Below, piece by piece: positions 18,773 through 29,514 of a stretch of DNA of 64,000 nucleotides. Made by a program: the position numbers and the translations under genes. Source of the DNA: Trueperaceae bacterium. GTDB lineage: Bacteria; Deinococcota; Deinococci; Deinococcales; Trueperaceae. Where the stretch lies: positions 992,001-1,056,000 of the forward strand of contig OZ243913.1 in NCBI GenBank assembly GCA_965213705.1, in the 5' to 3' direction. A model generated the notes under the pieces. That model ran no database searches. It had not been told where the DNA came from and was given only the letters and a program-made list of their open reading frames with translations. Within the stretch, counting starts at the first letter, position 1. Every line of letters starts with the position of its first letter.

Positions 18773-19942
18773 GTGGCACTAACACGTAAAATGTTCGTTT
18801 TGATAACGGTATTGGCCCTCAGTTTCAGCCTGGCGCAGACGATTAAGATTGGCGCGGTAGCTTCGGCGACCGGCGGCGCGGCAGCCCTCGGCGAGCCCGA
18901 GGCGAACACCTTCAGGCTCTTGCAAGACCAGCTCAACGCCGCCGGTGGCATCGCCGGGCACGACGTCGAAATCATCTTTTTGGACGACGCCACCGACACC
19001 CAGCAGGCCGTGACGAACGTCAACCGCTTGATCTCTGAAGACGGCGTTCACGCGGTGATTTGCTGCACCATCACCGCGAACTCACTCGCCATTATCGACA
19101 CCGTCCAGCAAGCCGAGGTGCCGACCGTGTCGATGGCGGCGTCGGCCGCAATTATCGAACCCGTGGCCGAGCGGTACTGGGTGTTCAAAACGCCGCAGAC
19201 GGATAGACTGATGATTACCGGCATCGTCGAAGACATGGGGGCTCGAGGGCTCGAGACCGTCGCTTTTATGGGCCTGGACGACGCCTTTGGCGAGGGCGGT
19301 TTGACCGAACTGCAAGCGCTCTTAGAGAACAACGACGTTGAACTCGTCACGACCGAGCGCTACGGCCGCAACGACACCAACGTCACGCCGCAGGCGCTGA
19401 AAGTGGTCTCGAGCCAACCCGACGCGGTGCTCATCTGGGGCGTCGTGCGCGACTCGGCGCTGGCGGTGCAAGCCTTGAAAGACCGCAACTACCAGGGCCA
19501 GATTTATGTCAGCCACGGCGTCGGCAACCCGAGCTTTCTGGAACTCGCCGGCGACGCCGCCAACGGCGTGCGCTTGCCCATCGGCCCGATGATTGTCGCC
19601 GACGAGCTTGCCGACGACGACCCCATCAAGCCCGTCGCCACTCAATATGTTGCAGATTATGACGCGATGTTCGGCCCGGGCACGGCCAGCACCTTTGGCG
19701 GACACGCCTGGGACGCGGTGCAACTCTTAAAACTCGCCATCGAAAAAGTAGCGGCGGACGGCGTGGACTTGAACGACCTCGAGGCGAGCCGCGTGGCGAT
19801 TCGGGACGCGCTCGAGGCGGTCGGCCCTTACACGGGCGTCGGCGGCGTGTTCCAGTACAGCGCCGAGGACCACCTGGGCCTGGACGACCGCGCCCTCGTC
19901 CTCGTCGAAATTGCCGACAACACCTGGACGCTGGCGAAGTAA
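18773..19942 (+). CDS. ABC substrate-binding protein (LivK-like, aromatic acid uptake)
   Basis: Signal peptide, IKIG, GGIAG; operon with paaK. Confidence 0.9.
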   Translation: MALTRKMFVLITVLALSFSLAQTIKIGAVASATGGAAALGEPEANTFRLLQDQLNAAGGIAGHDVEIIFLDDATDTQQAVTNVNRLISEDGVHAVICCTITANSLAIIDTVQQAEVPTVSMAASAAIIEPVAERYWVFKTPQTDRLMITGIVEDMGARGLETVAFMGLDDAFGEGGLTELQALLENNDVELVTTERYGRNDTNVTPQALKVVSSQPDAVLIWGVVRDSALAVQALKDRNYQGQIYVSHGVGNPSFLELAGDAANGVRLPIGPMIVADELADDDPIKPVATQYVADYDAMFGPGTASTFGGHAWDAVQLLKLAIEKVAADGVDLNDLEASRVAIRDALEAVGPYTGVGGVFQYSAEDHLGLDDRALVLVEIADNTWTLAK

Positions 19943-19957
19943 GCAGCTAAAGGGTTT

Positions 19958-19982
19958 GGGGCGTGCAAGCGCCCCTCTTTTA
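19958..19982 (+). terminator. intrinsic terminator or stabilising hairpin after the SBP gene
   Basis: GGGGCG-tgcaag-CGCCCC followed by TCTTTT. Confidence 0.6.
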
Positions 19983-20115
19983 TCAAACAGTTCCACCTAT
20001 TGGGACAGTTCAGCGACCTTACCAGCAGGCCCCACCGGCTAGACGGGCCGCCTCCCCGTAAAAAGGGAGGCAAAGTCAAACCCCATTTGTTCAAACATAT
20101 TTTGGAAGTGCCAGC

Positions 20116-21159
20116 GTGTTCGACCCCGCCATCGTCCTCACCCTGCTGTTCGACGGCCTCACCAACGGGGCCATCTACGCGGTCATGGCGCTCGGCATCG
20201 TCGTGCTTTATTCGGTCACCAACGTCATCAACGTGGCGCAGGGCGAGTTCGTGATGCTCTCGGCCTTGAGCGTGGCGAGTCTGCGTTCCGGCGCGGTGCC
20301 GGGCACGCTCTACATCGTGGTGGCGGGGCTGCTGGCGTGGAGCGTGTTCAACGCGTTCGGGGTATGGCGAGAACGCAGCGGGCGAGCCGTGCTCGGCGTC
20401 GTGTGGCCGCTTCTGGCGGCGGCGGCGCTGTTCGTTTTGGTGCCGTTGCTGGTACGAACGAGCCTCGGCTACCCGCTCCAAATTCTCGTCGCGGTCGCCC
20501 TCACGACGCTGCTGGGGCCGATTTGCTACCGGATTATCGTCCAGCCGCTACCGCGGGCGTCGGTGCTGGTGTTTCTGATTCTGGCAATCGGCCTGCACCT
20601 GGTTTTGACCGGTTTGGGGCTCGCTTTTTGGGGGCCGCAGCCTTATAGCATTCCGGCGTTTCAGCGCGGCGGGACGAGCGTCGGGCCGGCGTTCGTGAGC
20701 TACCAGGCGCTGTGGCTGCTCGCGGCGACCGCGCTGCTGATGGTGCTGTTGGCGCTGTTTTTCAACCGGACGATGTACGGTAAAGCGCTGCGGGCGGCGG
20801 CGGTGAACCGGCTCGGCGCGCGGCTCTCGGGCATCAGCGTGGTGCGGGCGGGCAGCGTGAGCTTTACCCTCTCGGTGTTTTTGAGCGCGGTGGCGGGCGT
20901 GCTCATCACGCCGATAACGAAGATGGTCTACGACTTCGGTTTTTTGCTCGGGTTGAAGGGCTTCGTCGGCGCGATTATCGGCGGACTCGTCAACCCGGTG
21001 GTGGCGGCGCTGGGCGCGCTGCTCGTGGGCGTGGCCGAGCAGTTCAGCGCGTTTTATATTTCCTCGGCGTACAAGGACGTGCTCGTGTTTTTGCTCATCA
21101 TCCCGGTCTTGGTCTTACGCTCGCTGCAGCACCAGGATTTTGAAGAGCACATTGATTAG
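20116..21159 (+). CDS. branched-chain-type ABC permease (LivH-like)
   Basis: DGLTNGAIYA, INVAQGEF, GKALRA, LKGFVGAIIGG. Confidence 0.9.
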   Translation: MFDPAIVLTLLFDGLTNGAIYAVMALGIVVLYSVTNVINVAQGEFVMLSALSVASLRSGAVPGTLYIVVAGLLAWSVFNAFGVWRERSGRAVLGVVWPLLAAAALFVLVPLLVRTSLGYPLQILVAVALTTLLGPICYRIIVQPLPRASVLVFLILAIGLHLVLTGLGLAFWGPQPYSIPAFQRGGTSVGPAFVSYQALWLLAATALLMVLLALFFNRTMYGKALRAAAVNRLGARLSGISVVRAGSVSFTLSVFLSAVAGVLITPITKMVYDFGFLLGLKGFVGAIIGGLVNPVVAALGALLVGVAEQFSAFYISSAYKDVLVFLLIIPVLVLRSLQHQDFEEHID

Positions 21160-21201
21160 GATGGCCGGCTCGAGGGCGGCCGGCTTGAGGGCGGCAGCCT
21201 G

Positions 21202-23034
21202 ATGGCGGAGAAGCGTGCGGGGCCGCTGACGGCCGTTGTGAAAGGCTCGAGCCCCCCCTGGCGCACCCTACTTCTCGGCTTGTTTTTGGTCGGGTTGGCG
21301 GTCACGCCGTTACTAGCCTCCGTCTTTTACGTGCGCCTGCTCAGCCTCGTCGGGCTGTACGGCCTGGTGGTCATGGGGCTCGTCCTGCTGACCGGCTACG
21401 CGGGCCTCGCGTCGCTCGGGCAGGCGGCGTTTGTGGGAACGGGCGCGTACACGGCGGCGATACTGGCGAGCCGCTTCGGGCTCAACCCGTGGCTGGGTAT
21501 TGTCGCCGGAATAGGCTTGTCTGTAGCCATCGCGTTTCTTATCGGGCTCGTCACCCTGCGGCTCAAAGGGCATTTTTTGGCGCTGGCGACGCTCGCCTGG
21601 GGCCTCATCATCACCGGGATTATTCGCAACTGGATTGGCGTGACGGGCGGCAACACCGGCTTCGGCAGCGCGACGGGGAACCGCTATCCGCCCTTGAGCG
21701 TGTTTGGTTTTGAACTGCGTGGCGAACGCGTGTACGCCTACCTCATCTGGCTGTGCGTGCTTCTAGTGCTGCTGTTGTCGCTCAACCTGATGCGCTCGCG
21801 CACCGGGCGGGCGGTCAAAGCTTTGCGCACCGGCACGGTCGCGGCGGCGTCGTTCGGGGTAGACGTGGGGCGGTTGAAAATGGTGATTTTTCTGCTCGCC
21901 GCCGCCTTCGCCGCGCTCGCGGGCGGGCTGTTCGCGTTCCGGGAACTCTTCATCGACCCGCAGTTGGCGGGCTTGAACGCGTCCATCGACTACCTCATCA
22001 TGGCGGTGCTCGGGGGGGTGGGGTCGCTGTGGGGTGGGCTGTTCGGGGCGGGGCTGTTCGTGCTGTTGAGCGAACTGCTGCAAGACTACCTGCCCCGAAT
22101 CCTCGGGCGGAGCGGCAACTTCGAGACGGTGGCCTTCGGACTGATTCTCATTCTCGTGTTACATCAGGCGCGGCAAGGGTTGCTGCCGCTGCTGGGCCGC
22201 CTGCTGCCCGAACCCCCACCCGCGCCCGTCAAGGACGCCGCCCCCCTGCCGCCGCGCCCCAAGCCCGACGTTTCAGGGCCGCTGCTCGAGCTTCGACACG
22301 TCTCCAAAACCTTCGGCGGCTTGAAAGCGGTCAACGACCTCTCTTTCGAAGTCCGTCCAGGTGAAATCTTGGCCCTCATCGGGCCGAACGGGGCGGGCAA
22401 GACGACGCTGTTCAACCTCGTCACGGGCGTGCTCGCGCCGAGTGCGGGCGAAATCCTCTTCGCGGGCGAGCCTATTCACGGACGGCCCCCACACGTCGTG
22501 GCGCGGCGCGGGCTGGCGCGCACCTTTCAGCACCTCAATTTGATAGGCAACTTGAGCTTGCTTGAGAACGTCGCGCTGGGCGCGTACACCCGCACGCGCT
22601 CGAACCTGTTTCAGGGGATGCTCGCCCTGGAACGTGCCGAGGCCGCGCGCACCCGCGCCGAGGCATACCGGCAGTTGGGGCGCGTCGGTCTAGCTGAATA
22701 CGCCTTCGACGCGGCGAACAGTTTGCCGCTGGGCAAACAGAGACTTTTGGAAGTGGCTCGAGCCCTCGTCGCCGACCCGGTGCTGCTTCTTTTGGACGAG
22801 CCCGCTGCGGGTTTGCGCAAACACGAAAAAGCCGAACTCGTCCTGCTCATCCGCAGGCTCAAAAACGAGGGCGTTACCATCCTCCTCGTCGAGCACGACA
22901 TGGAACTCGTCATGGACTTGGCCGAGCGCGTCGTGGTGATGAACTACGGGGAAAAGCTCGCCGAAGGGACGCCCGCCGAAGTGCGGGGCAATCCGCAGGT
23001 GCTCGAGGCCTACCTGGGCGTAGAGGATGACTGA
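21202..23034 (+). CDS. fused ABC permease/ATP-binding protein (LivM-LivG)
   Basis: TM region, then [24 protein letters not shown]. Confidence 0.92.
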   Translation: MAEKRAGPLTAVVKGSSPPWRTLLLGLFLVGLAVTPLLASVFYVRLLSLVGLYGLVVMGLVLLTGYAGLASLGQAAFVGTGAYTAAILASRFGLNPWLGIVAGIGLSVAIAFLIGLVTLRLKGHFLALATLAWGLIITGIIRNWIGVTGGNTGFGSATGNRYPPLSVFGFELRGERVYAYLIWLCVLLVLLLSLNLMRSRTGRAVKALRTGTVAAASFGVDVGRLKMVIFLLAAAFAALAGGLFAFRELFIDPQLAGLNASIDYLIMAVLGGVGSLWGGLFGAGLFVLLSELLQDYLPRILGRSGNFETVAFGLILILVLHQARQGLLPLLGRLLPEPPPAPVKDAAPLPPRPKPDVSGPLLELRHVSKTFGGLKAVNDLSFEVRPGEILALIGPNGAGKTTLFNLVTGVLAPSAGEILFAGEPIHGRPPHVVARRGLARTFQHLNLIGNLSLLENVALGAYTRTRSNLFQGMLALERAEAARTRAEAYRQLGRVGLAEYAFDAANSLPLGKQRLLEVARALVADPVLLLLDEPAAGLRKHEKAELVLLIRRLKNEGVTILLVEHDMELVMDLAERVVVMNYGEKLAEGTPAEVRGNPQVLEAYLGVEDD

Positions 23035-23755
23035 ACCCCTGCTGCGCGTCGAAAGGTTGAGCGTCCGTTACGGCGGCGTGCAAGCCCTTTCCGACGTGTC
23101 GCTCACCGTCGAGCGCGGCACGCTTGTGAGCGTCATCGGGGCGAACGGAGCGGGGAAGACGAGTCTTTTGAACGCGGTTACCGGGGTCATCCCCAAAAGT
23201 TCCGGGCGGGTGCTGTACGACGGTGTAGACATTACCAGGGCCGCGCCCGAAGACCTCGTGCCGCGGGGCGTAACGTTGGTGCCCGAGCGCCGCGAACTGT
23301 TCGCGGCCTTGAACGTGGCGGACAACCTGCAACTCGGCGCGTACCACCGCTACGCCCGGCGCGGGCGCGGCATTCGTGAGGACTTAGCGCGTGTCTACCA
23401 AACTTTCCCGCGTTTGGGCGAGCGCAAAAGCCAACTTGCCGGGACGCTCTCGGGCGGCGAGCAGCAAATGTTGGCCGTGGGCCGCGCCATGATGAGCCGC
23501 CCCAAGTTGCTCCTTCTCGACGAGCCGAGCTTGGGGCTGGCTCCTTTAATCGTCAAAGCGATTTTCGAGGTCGTCGCCCGGTTACGCGCCGAGGGGACGA
23601 CGGTGTTGCTGATTGAACAAAACGCTCGAGCCGCCCTGCGTTTGGCTGATTATGCTTACTTGCTCGAGACGGGCGAGGTTGTGGCGGGTGCGCCCGCCGC
23701 GGAACTCGCGCAGGACGAGCGCGTGGCGCGTGCGTATTTGGGCCTGGGCGCGTGA
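23027..23755 (+). CDS. ABC ATP-binding protein (LivF-like)
   Basis: [30 protein letters not shown]. Confidence 0.93.
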   Translation: MTEPLLRVERLSVRYGGVQALSDVSLTVERGTLVSVIGANGAGKTSLLNAVTGVIPKSSGRVLYDGVDITRAAPEDLVPRGVTLVPERRELFAALNVADNLQLGAYHRYARRGRGIREDLARVYQTFPRLGERKSQLAGTLSGGEQQMLAVGRAMMSRPKLLLLDEPSLGLAPLIVKAIFEVVARLRAEGTTVLLIEQNARAALRLADYAYLLETGEVVAGAPAAELAQDERVARAYLGLGA

Positions 23756-23777
23756 GAGCGTGAATGGCCTGTCAGCC

Positions 23778-23859
23778 TGTCATTCTGAACGCAGCGCAGT
23801 GAAAGAATCTCGTTTGTAACGTACCGCCGAGAGATTCTTTCGCTAGCGCTCAGAATGAC
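23778..23859. repeat. REP-like inverted repeat pair
   Basis: GTCATTCTGAACGC...GAAAGAATCTC / GAGATTCTTTC...GCGCTCAGAATGAC. Confidence 0.8.
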
Positions 23860-23942
23860 GAACAGGTCCTGATTGGCCGGCCTGTGTTGTCCGGCAACTT
23901 TTTCAGGTGGCTCGAGTAAACTGAGACCTACAAGGAGACAGC

Positions 23943-25265
23943 ATGTTCAACCCCGACCTCGAGACCCTGCCGCGCGACCGCCTGCGCACCTTGCAAGACG
24001 AGCGCCTGCGCAACCTTATGAGGTACGTTTACGAGCGCGTGCCGTTTTACAAAAACCTGTTCAACGCTTCAAACCTTCGTCCGAGCGATTTCAAAAACAT
24101 CGACGACCTCACCCGCTTGCCCTTCACGACGAAACAGGACTTGCAGCAAGGCTACCCGTTCGGTTTGTTCGCGGTGCCGCAGGTTGAGGTCGCCCGGATT
24201 CACGCGAGCAGCGGCACAAGTGGTAAGCCGACGCTGGTCGGCTACACGAAGCGCGACTTGGCAACCTTCGCCGAGGTCAACGCCCGCTGTCTCGCCGCGG
24301 CGGGCGCGCGGCCGGGGATGCTGTTTCACAACGCCTACGGCTACGGCCTGTTTACCGGCGGTTTGGGGCTGCATTACGGCGCGGAGGCGCTCGGTCTCAC
24401 CGTCGTGCCGGTGTCGGGCGGCATGACCGAGCGGCAGGTTACGCTCATCCTGGACTTGAAGCCGGAGGTCATCGCCTGCACGCCGAGCTACGCGCAGACG
24501 CTTTCCGGCGAGTTTCGGGCGCGCAACATCGAACCCGAGGACATAAGTCTCAAGTACGGCGTGCTCGGTGCGGAGCCGTGGACGGAGAGTATCCGTCAAG
24601 ATGTAGAGAGCGGCCTCGGCCTGAAAGCCACGAACATCTACGGCCTCAGCGAAATCATCGGCCCCGGCGTGTCGAACGAGGCCGTGGAGGAGCAGGCGGG
24701 TGCGTACATCTGGGAAGACCACTTTTACCCCGAAATCGTCCACCCCGACACGGGCTTGCCACTTCCCGACGGCGAAGAAGGCGTGCTCGTCATCACCACG
24801 CTGACCAAAGAAGCGTTGCCGCTGCTGCGCTACTGGACCGGCGACATCACCGCGCTGACGCGCGAACCCGGCGCGACCGGCCGCACTCATGCTCGCATGG
24901 GCATGATTCGCGGGCGCAGCGACGACATGCTCGTCATCCGCGGGGTGAACGTGTACCCGACGCAAATCGAGGCGGCCCTCGAGCACTTTCCCGAACTCGC
25001 CCTGCACTACCAGCTCGTCGTGACGCGGCGCGGCACCCTGGACGAGTTAGAGCTGAGAATCGAACTCAGCGATGCGGCGCACGCGCAAGCGGGGGATGAA
25101 ATGGACTCCGAGAGCGCATTTCTCAGCAGCTTACGTGACCGCGTTCGGCACCGCGTCAAGGACACGGTGGGCGTCACGCTGACGCCCACGCTGATGCCGC
25201 CGGGCAGCATTCCGCGGAGTGCGGGCGGGAAGTTGAGGCGGACGGTGGACGAGCGGAACTTGTGA
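23943..25265 (+). CDS. paaK: phenylacetate-CoA ligase
   Basis: RIHASSGTSGKP, YGYGLFTGGLG, GAEPW, YGLSE, GRSDDM..IRGVNV. Confidence 0.93.
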   Translation: MFNPDLETLPRDRLRTLQDERLRNLMRYVYERVPFYKNLFNASNLRPSDFKNIDDLTRLPFTTKQDLQQGYPFGLFAVPQVEVARIHASSGTSGKPTLVGYTKRDLATFAEVNARCLAAAGARPGMLFHNAYGYGLFTGGLGLHYGAEALGLTVVPVSGGMTERQVTLILDLKPEVIACTPSYAQTLSGEFRARNIEPEDISLKYGVLGAEPWTESIRQDVESGLGLKATNIYGLSEIIGPGVSNEAVEEQAGAYIWEDHFYPEIVHPDTGLPLPDGEEGVLVITTLTKEALPLLRYWTGDITALTREPGATGRTHARMGMIRGRSDDMLVIRGVNVYPTQIEAALEHFPELALHYQLVVTRRGTLDELELRIELSDAAHAQAGDEMDSESAFLSSLRDRVRHRVKDTVGVTLTPTLMPPGSIPRSAGGKLRRTVDERNL

Positions 25266-25353
25266 AGGTCGTTATAGCGATAACGTGTTTAACGCACTTC
25301 AAGATTTGACAGAGGCTATTCAACCAACGATTTTGGTTTTTTGCAGCGCCCGG

Positions 25354-25572
25354 TTAAGCGGCACTCGAGACCTCAATGAAAAAACTTTCCGAGCTTGGTG
25401 CAGGGACGGGTTCACCGCTTTCGATAAGCCCTTCAATATGAAAAGAGATAGCTTCTCGAATAAGCTCTTTAACCTCGCTTTCAGTGTCACCCACGGCGAT
25501 ACAGCCGGGTAAATCAGGGACATAAGCGCCGTAGCTCGTATCGCCCTTTTCAATGACAACCATGTACTTCAT
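25354..25572 (-). CDS. hicB: HicB family antitoxin
   Basis: YMVVIEKG..SYGAYVPDLPGC...EAI.FH.EG. Confidence 0.93.
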   Translation of the reverse strand: MKYMVVIEKGDTSYGAYVPDLPGCIAVGDTESEVKELIREAISFHIEGLIESGEPVPAPSSESFFIEVSSAA

Positions 25573-25582
25573 AGTTTACCCT

Positions 25583-25768
25583 TCACTTCAAGTCAGCTTG
25601 TTTCAAGGCGTTCTCGAGCGTCCCTCTGGGAATATCTTTACTCGGTTTGCCTGCTACCATTACCAAACCTGATTTCCCAGGGTGCTTGAATTGACGATGG
25701 CTGCCTTTGGTGCGGACTTGTTGCCAACCGGCCTCCTCGAGCAGCTTGATGAGTTCACGGACTTTCAC
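25583..25768 (-). CDS. hicA: HicA family toxin
   Basis: LEEAGW..VRTKGSHRQFKHP...GTL. Confidence 0.93.
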   Translation of the reverse strand: MKVRELIKLLEEAGWQQVRTKGSHRQFKHPGKSGLVMVAGKPSKDIPRGTLENALKQADLK

Positions 25769-25819
25769 CTGGCTACAGCTTACAGAACTAAACGTGATCA
25801 GACCATCGCCTTACTGTGA

Positions 25820-26482
25820 CTACGGCAAATCTCCATAAAGAGCGGTCTTGTCAACTATCTGAACGCTGATGCTAGTGATTGCTGGTGCGCCGTCGTTCTG
25901 GTAGCTTGACTGTAGTGGAACTGGTCCTAGAACCGCGTAACCACCCAACCTATAACCAGTAAAGTACAATGCGTTCTCACCATTCTTCATCCTCATCCTA
26001 ATCTCCGCGCCGATGAGCATGTCTTCGTCGTAAGCGCCGGGATTAACGCCGGGGTCAAAGTTGATTAGATCCGCTGTTGCGTCAGCGTTTTGCCAGTCAA
26101 GCGCATCCGAAAGAAGTTCTACAGTGAGTTTGGGGCTGATGTAGTTGAGCAGTTCGGGTGGGTAAATTTCTCGTAAAGCCGGGTAGTCGGGATAATCCGT
26201 GTCAGGTGTCGCGCTCACCTTAACCGTAATGTCAACCTCACGTAGAAGCGCACCCGGTTCGAAGAACACTTCTCTGGGTTCACCCAAAAAGTCAACGACG
26301 ATGCTGCCGCCGTCCGGTCCTAACGTCTGCGTTATCTCAGCGTCGGCCTGAACATCTTGCAAAAGGATGTCTACCTGATTCACTTGAGCCTGAACTATTT
26401 CTTGTAAGGTGTTGACGGCCAAACCCACATTAAATGAACTCGACAAGCTCAAGACAGCGGTTGTAACAAGTATCCGATTCAT
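25820..26482 (-). CDS. hypothetical secreted protein (ZU5-like segment)
   Basis: Signal-like N-terminus; LGPDGG...FEPGAL...ITV. Confidence 0.5.
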   Translation of the reverse strand: MNRILVTTAVLSLSSSFNVGLAVNTLQEIVQAQVNQVDILLQDVQADAEITQTLGPDGGSIVVDFLGEPREVFFEPGALLREVDITVKVSATPDTDYPDYPALREIYPPELLNYISPKLTVELLSDALDWQNADATADLINFDPGVNPGAYDEDMLIGAEIRMRMKNGENALYFTGYRLGGYAVLGPVPLQSSYQNDGAPAITSISVQIVDKTALYGDLP

Positions 26483-26617
26483 CCACTCACTTTGCGCGTG
26501 CCAGCCTTCCAGCATGTACCTGAACATGCGCTAGGGTAGCGCCTCGAGCACCTATCACCCAGCTAAAACCGTCACACCTTTCGGCTTAGTCGTCAACCTG
26601 TTTGTTATGATTTTGCC

Positions 26618-27211
26618 GTGATAAGCAGTCCTATCGTTCTAACCGGCCGGGTGGTGCGGCTCGAGCCTCTACGCCCCGAACACGTCGCGCCGCTTTACCA
26701 CATCGCCCTGAAAACTCCCGACGAATACCGTTTCACCTCGACCCCCGTAACCGAAACGCAGCGCGACGCTTACTTCGCCAAGGTTTTTGCCGAGCAGGGC
26801 GCGGGCCGGAGCTTTCCTTTCGTGATGCTGTACGACGGCGAAATTATCGGGACGACGCGGCTGGCCGACTACAGTGCCAACGAGCGCAACTGCGAACTCG
26901 GCTACACCTGGTTCGACGCTGAGTATTTTGGCACCGCCGTCAACACCGACAGCAAGCTCCTCATGCTGGGTTTTGCGTTTGAAACGCTTCAAGTGCTGCG
27001 CGTACAACTCACCGTGGACGCGCGGAACGAGCGCTCGCAGGCGTCCATCAAGGCGCTCGGCGCGGTGTTCGAGGGCGTGCTGCGCAGCCACAAGGTTGTG
27101 AAAGACGGTTTCGTGCGGGACACGCTTGTGTTTTCGATTCTGCAAAGTGAGTGGGTGGGCGTGAAAAAGAGGTTGCAGGCGCGGCTGCAAGAGAAGCTCA
27201 ACGAGGGGTGA
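26618..27211 (+). CDS. GNAT N-acetyltransferase (RimJ/RimL family)
   Basis: VRLEPL, ELGYTW, GTAVN, DARNERSQ, EGVLR. Confidence 0.9.
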   Translation: MISSPIVLTGRVVRLEPLRPEHVAPLYHIALKTPDEYRFTSTPVTETQRDAYFAKVFAEQGAGRSFPFVMLYDGEIIGTTRLADYSANERNCELGYTWFDAEYFGTAVNTDSKLLMLGFAFETLQVLRVQLTVDARNERSQASIKALGAVFEGVLRSHKVVKDGFVRDTLVFSILQSEWVGVKKRLQARLQEKLNEG

Positions 27212-28532
27212 GGCGCAGCGGCAGGCCACCTTTAGGCTGAACCGTGTTGCCGGTTTCGGCTACAGGCGCTGTCCAGGCGGCCTCGAGCCCGTATCCCGTC
27301 ACCAACTCGACCAAGAGCAGCTTGACGAGCAGCGTCGCCAGCCCCGCGCCGATGCAGTAGCGTGCGCCGTAACCGAAAGGCAGGTAGGTGAACGGCTCGG
27401 GCGTGAAACCGTCCCGCCAGCGCTCAGGTTTGAATTTTAAGGCGTCCTCGAAACTTGCCTCTTGCCGCTGCGTCACGTAAATCGAATAGGCGACGAGGCT
27501 GCCTTTCGGGATGAGGAAATCTTTATAAACAACGTCTTCGCGCGCCTGCCGCAGCCCGGCGGGGGCGGCGGGGTAGAGGCGGAGGGTTTCTTTGACCACG
27601 TGCTCGAGCAGCGGCGAGCGCAGTTTGTCTTGAAGAGTTGTAAATGCTTTGAGTTCGTCGCGTAGTTCGTTCAAAACTTCCCGGTGCTCGAGCAGCAAGT
27701 ACACCGCCCAACTGAGCGCGGCGCTCGTCGTGTCGAAGCCCGCGGACACGAGGCTCACCGCCTGGTCGCGGAGTTCGGTTTCGGAGAGGGCGTTGCCCGC
27801 TTCGTCTCTGGCTTCCAGCAGCATCCCCAGCACGTCGTCGGAAGCCTCATCAGCCTTTTTGCGCCGCGTGATTTCGGTGTACAGACTGCGGTCGGCAGCC
27901 GCTCGAGCCCGCAAAAATCTTGACCAAGGCAGGCCGGGCACGGGGAGTTTGAACTGCTGCGCCAGAAAGGGCGAGTTGGCGAAGTCCATCATCGCAGCGA
28001 TGTTGCTCAAGAGTCCGGGGTAACGGGTCAAGGTTTCTGCGCCGAGCAGGATTTCGGTGATGGACTCCAAAATATGAGGTCGCACCTCGGCGTAGAAATC
28101 TAACGTTTCACCCGTCGCCAGCCTTTCCAAAAAACTCTCGTTGCGGGTTTGAAGATGCTCAGTCCAACCCTGTACCCGCCGCCCGTGAAACGCCGGTTGC
28201 ACCAGTCGCCGCCTTGATAGATGCTCGGGCTCGTCGCTCGTGATGAGCGCCGTGTCCCCGCCGATGGTGCGTAAAAAGCCGTACGCCCCGCCCAGCGTGA
28301 AACTCTCCGGCCGCTCCGCCAACACAAAGCGCAATGCCTCCGGCCCGACGAGCCAGTGAAAGCGTATCGGCCCGAAGCCGAACACCGACAGCTCGCCGTA
28401 GGTCTGCGCCAGGTCCCAAACGGCCGCGTTGGTGTAGGTCGCGGCTTGTTGCATGACTCGGAGGTGAGCTAGTCTGGTCGGGCCGGGAACTGCTTTCAAA
28501 CCGCTTGGGGTTGCCGGATTAGCGAGAGACAT
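27198..28532 (-). CDS. cytochrome P450
   Basis: AGFDTT, KETLRLYP, PERW, PFGYGARYCIG. Confidence 0.95.
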   Translation of the reverse strand: MSLANPATPSGLKAVPGPTRLAHLRVMQQAATYTNAAVWDLAQTYGELSVFGFGPIRFHWLVGPEALRFVLAERPESFTLGGAYGFLRTIGGDTALITSDEPEHLSRRRLVQPAFHGRRVQGWTEHLQTRNESFLERLATGETLDFYAEVRPHILESITEILLGAETLTRYPGLLSNIAAMMDFANSPFLAQQFKLPVPGLPWSRFLRARAAADRSLYTEITRRKKADEASDDVLGMLLEARDEAGNALSETELRDQAVSLVSAGFDTTSAALSWAVYLLLEHREVLNELRDELKAFTTLQDKLRSPLLEHVVKETLRLYPAAPAGLRQAREDVVYKDFLIPKGSLVAYSIYVTQRQEASFEDALKFKPERWRDGFTPEPFTYLPFGYGARYCIGAGLATLLVKLLLVELVTGYGLEAAWTAPVAETGNTVQPKGGLPLRLTPR

Positions 28533-28535
28533 GAG

Positions 28536-29105
28536 CTACGGCTGGGGAAGGGGCACGGGAATTTTGTAAACCACCTCGTCCAAAACGTTGCCGGAGATGC
28601 CCGTTTCTGTACGCTCCTCGAGGACTTCGCCGCCGAGCGAGACGGGAATTTTGCGGCTGGAAACGTTGCGTTTGTCGACCGGGTAGATGAACGACTCGAG
28701 CCTCAAATTCTCTTGTGCCCACAGTGCTAAGGTTCGAATCGCTTCTCTGCCCAAACCCCGACCATGCGCACCCTTTTTGAGCCAGATGCCGAACTCGGGG
28801 TTTCGGGGGTCGTCCCGGCCGTGCAAGCCGCAGCAGCCCAAGAATTCGTTTTCGGGTTTCTCGAGGATGACGAACTGTAAATTGTCACCCTCGGTAAAAC
28901 CTTCCAAGCTCGCTTCGATAAACGCCCTGGTTTCCTCGACGCTGTCGGCGGGTTTGGGAATCATGTAGGTCGTGATGTCGCTGCTGAACTCGGTGAAAAT
29001 GTCCTGCTCGAACGCCCTCGCGATGCTGACCAGGCGAACCCGCTCGCCTTCGATGTTTAAGTTGAACAGGTCGGGTTTGGAGCCGGTAAACTCGAAAGCA
29101 CTCAT
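28536..29105 (-). CDS. GNAT N-acetyltransferase (RimJ/RimL family)
   Basis: FLGCCGLH, EFGIWL...HGRGLGREA, N..SRKI. Confidence 0.88.
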   Translation of the reverse strand: MSAFEFTGSKPDLFNLNIEGERVRLVSIARAFEQDIFTEFSSDITTYMIPKPADSVEETRAFIEASLEGFTEGDNLQFVILEKPENEFLGCCGLHGRDDPRNPEFGIWLKKGAHGRGLGREAIRTLALWAQENLRLESFIYPVDKRNVSSRKIPVSLGGEVLEERTETGISGNVLDEVVYKIPVPLPQP

Positions 29106-29514
29106 CGTGGCGCTTTGTTTGCAGGTGAGAGTAGTGTGGCAGACACCTCAGCAGTATACTTCAACGCTTTTCTACAGAACCGTGCAGCGTCAGTTGTTTT
29201 GTAACCTCAAATCGAGAAGAGCAGCATGACCGTTGCCAGCGAGCCCAGCAGCGTGAGGACGTGTTCCAGCCGTGACGCGGTGCTGTTTGGAACGAAACTT
29301 ATCGCTATGGTCGTGACAACAGAAAAGATGATGAGGGCAATGCCGACCGACCCTATCCAGTCTCCTGAGCCCCTTGAAGGGCCTGTCCAATCCCAGGGCC
29401 GTGAAAAAACCATCACAGCCCCAATGGCAAGAGTTATGAAGATAAGCGCAAGTGTAGAGAACAGTGTGGCAATCAAAAGGGATTTGACCTGAATGGGAAT
29501 CAAAAGATTAGCTA

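Noticed and set aside
21164..21195. 15-bp tandem GGCCGGCTyGAGGGC; also an 11-bp tandem near 42092-42117 and a 16-bp tandem at 14927-14958
   Set aside because: Two-copy slippage duplications with no evidence of function.
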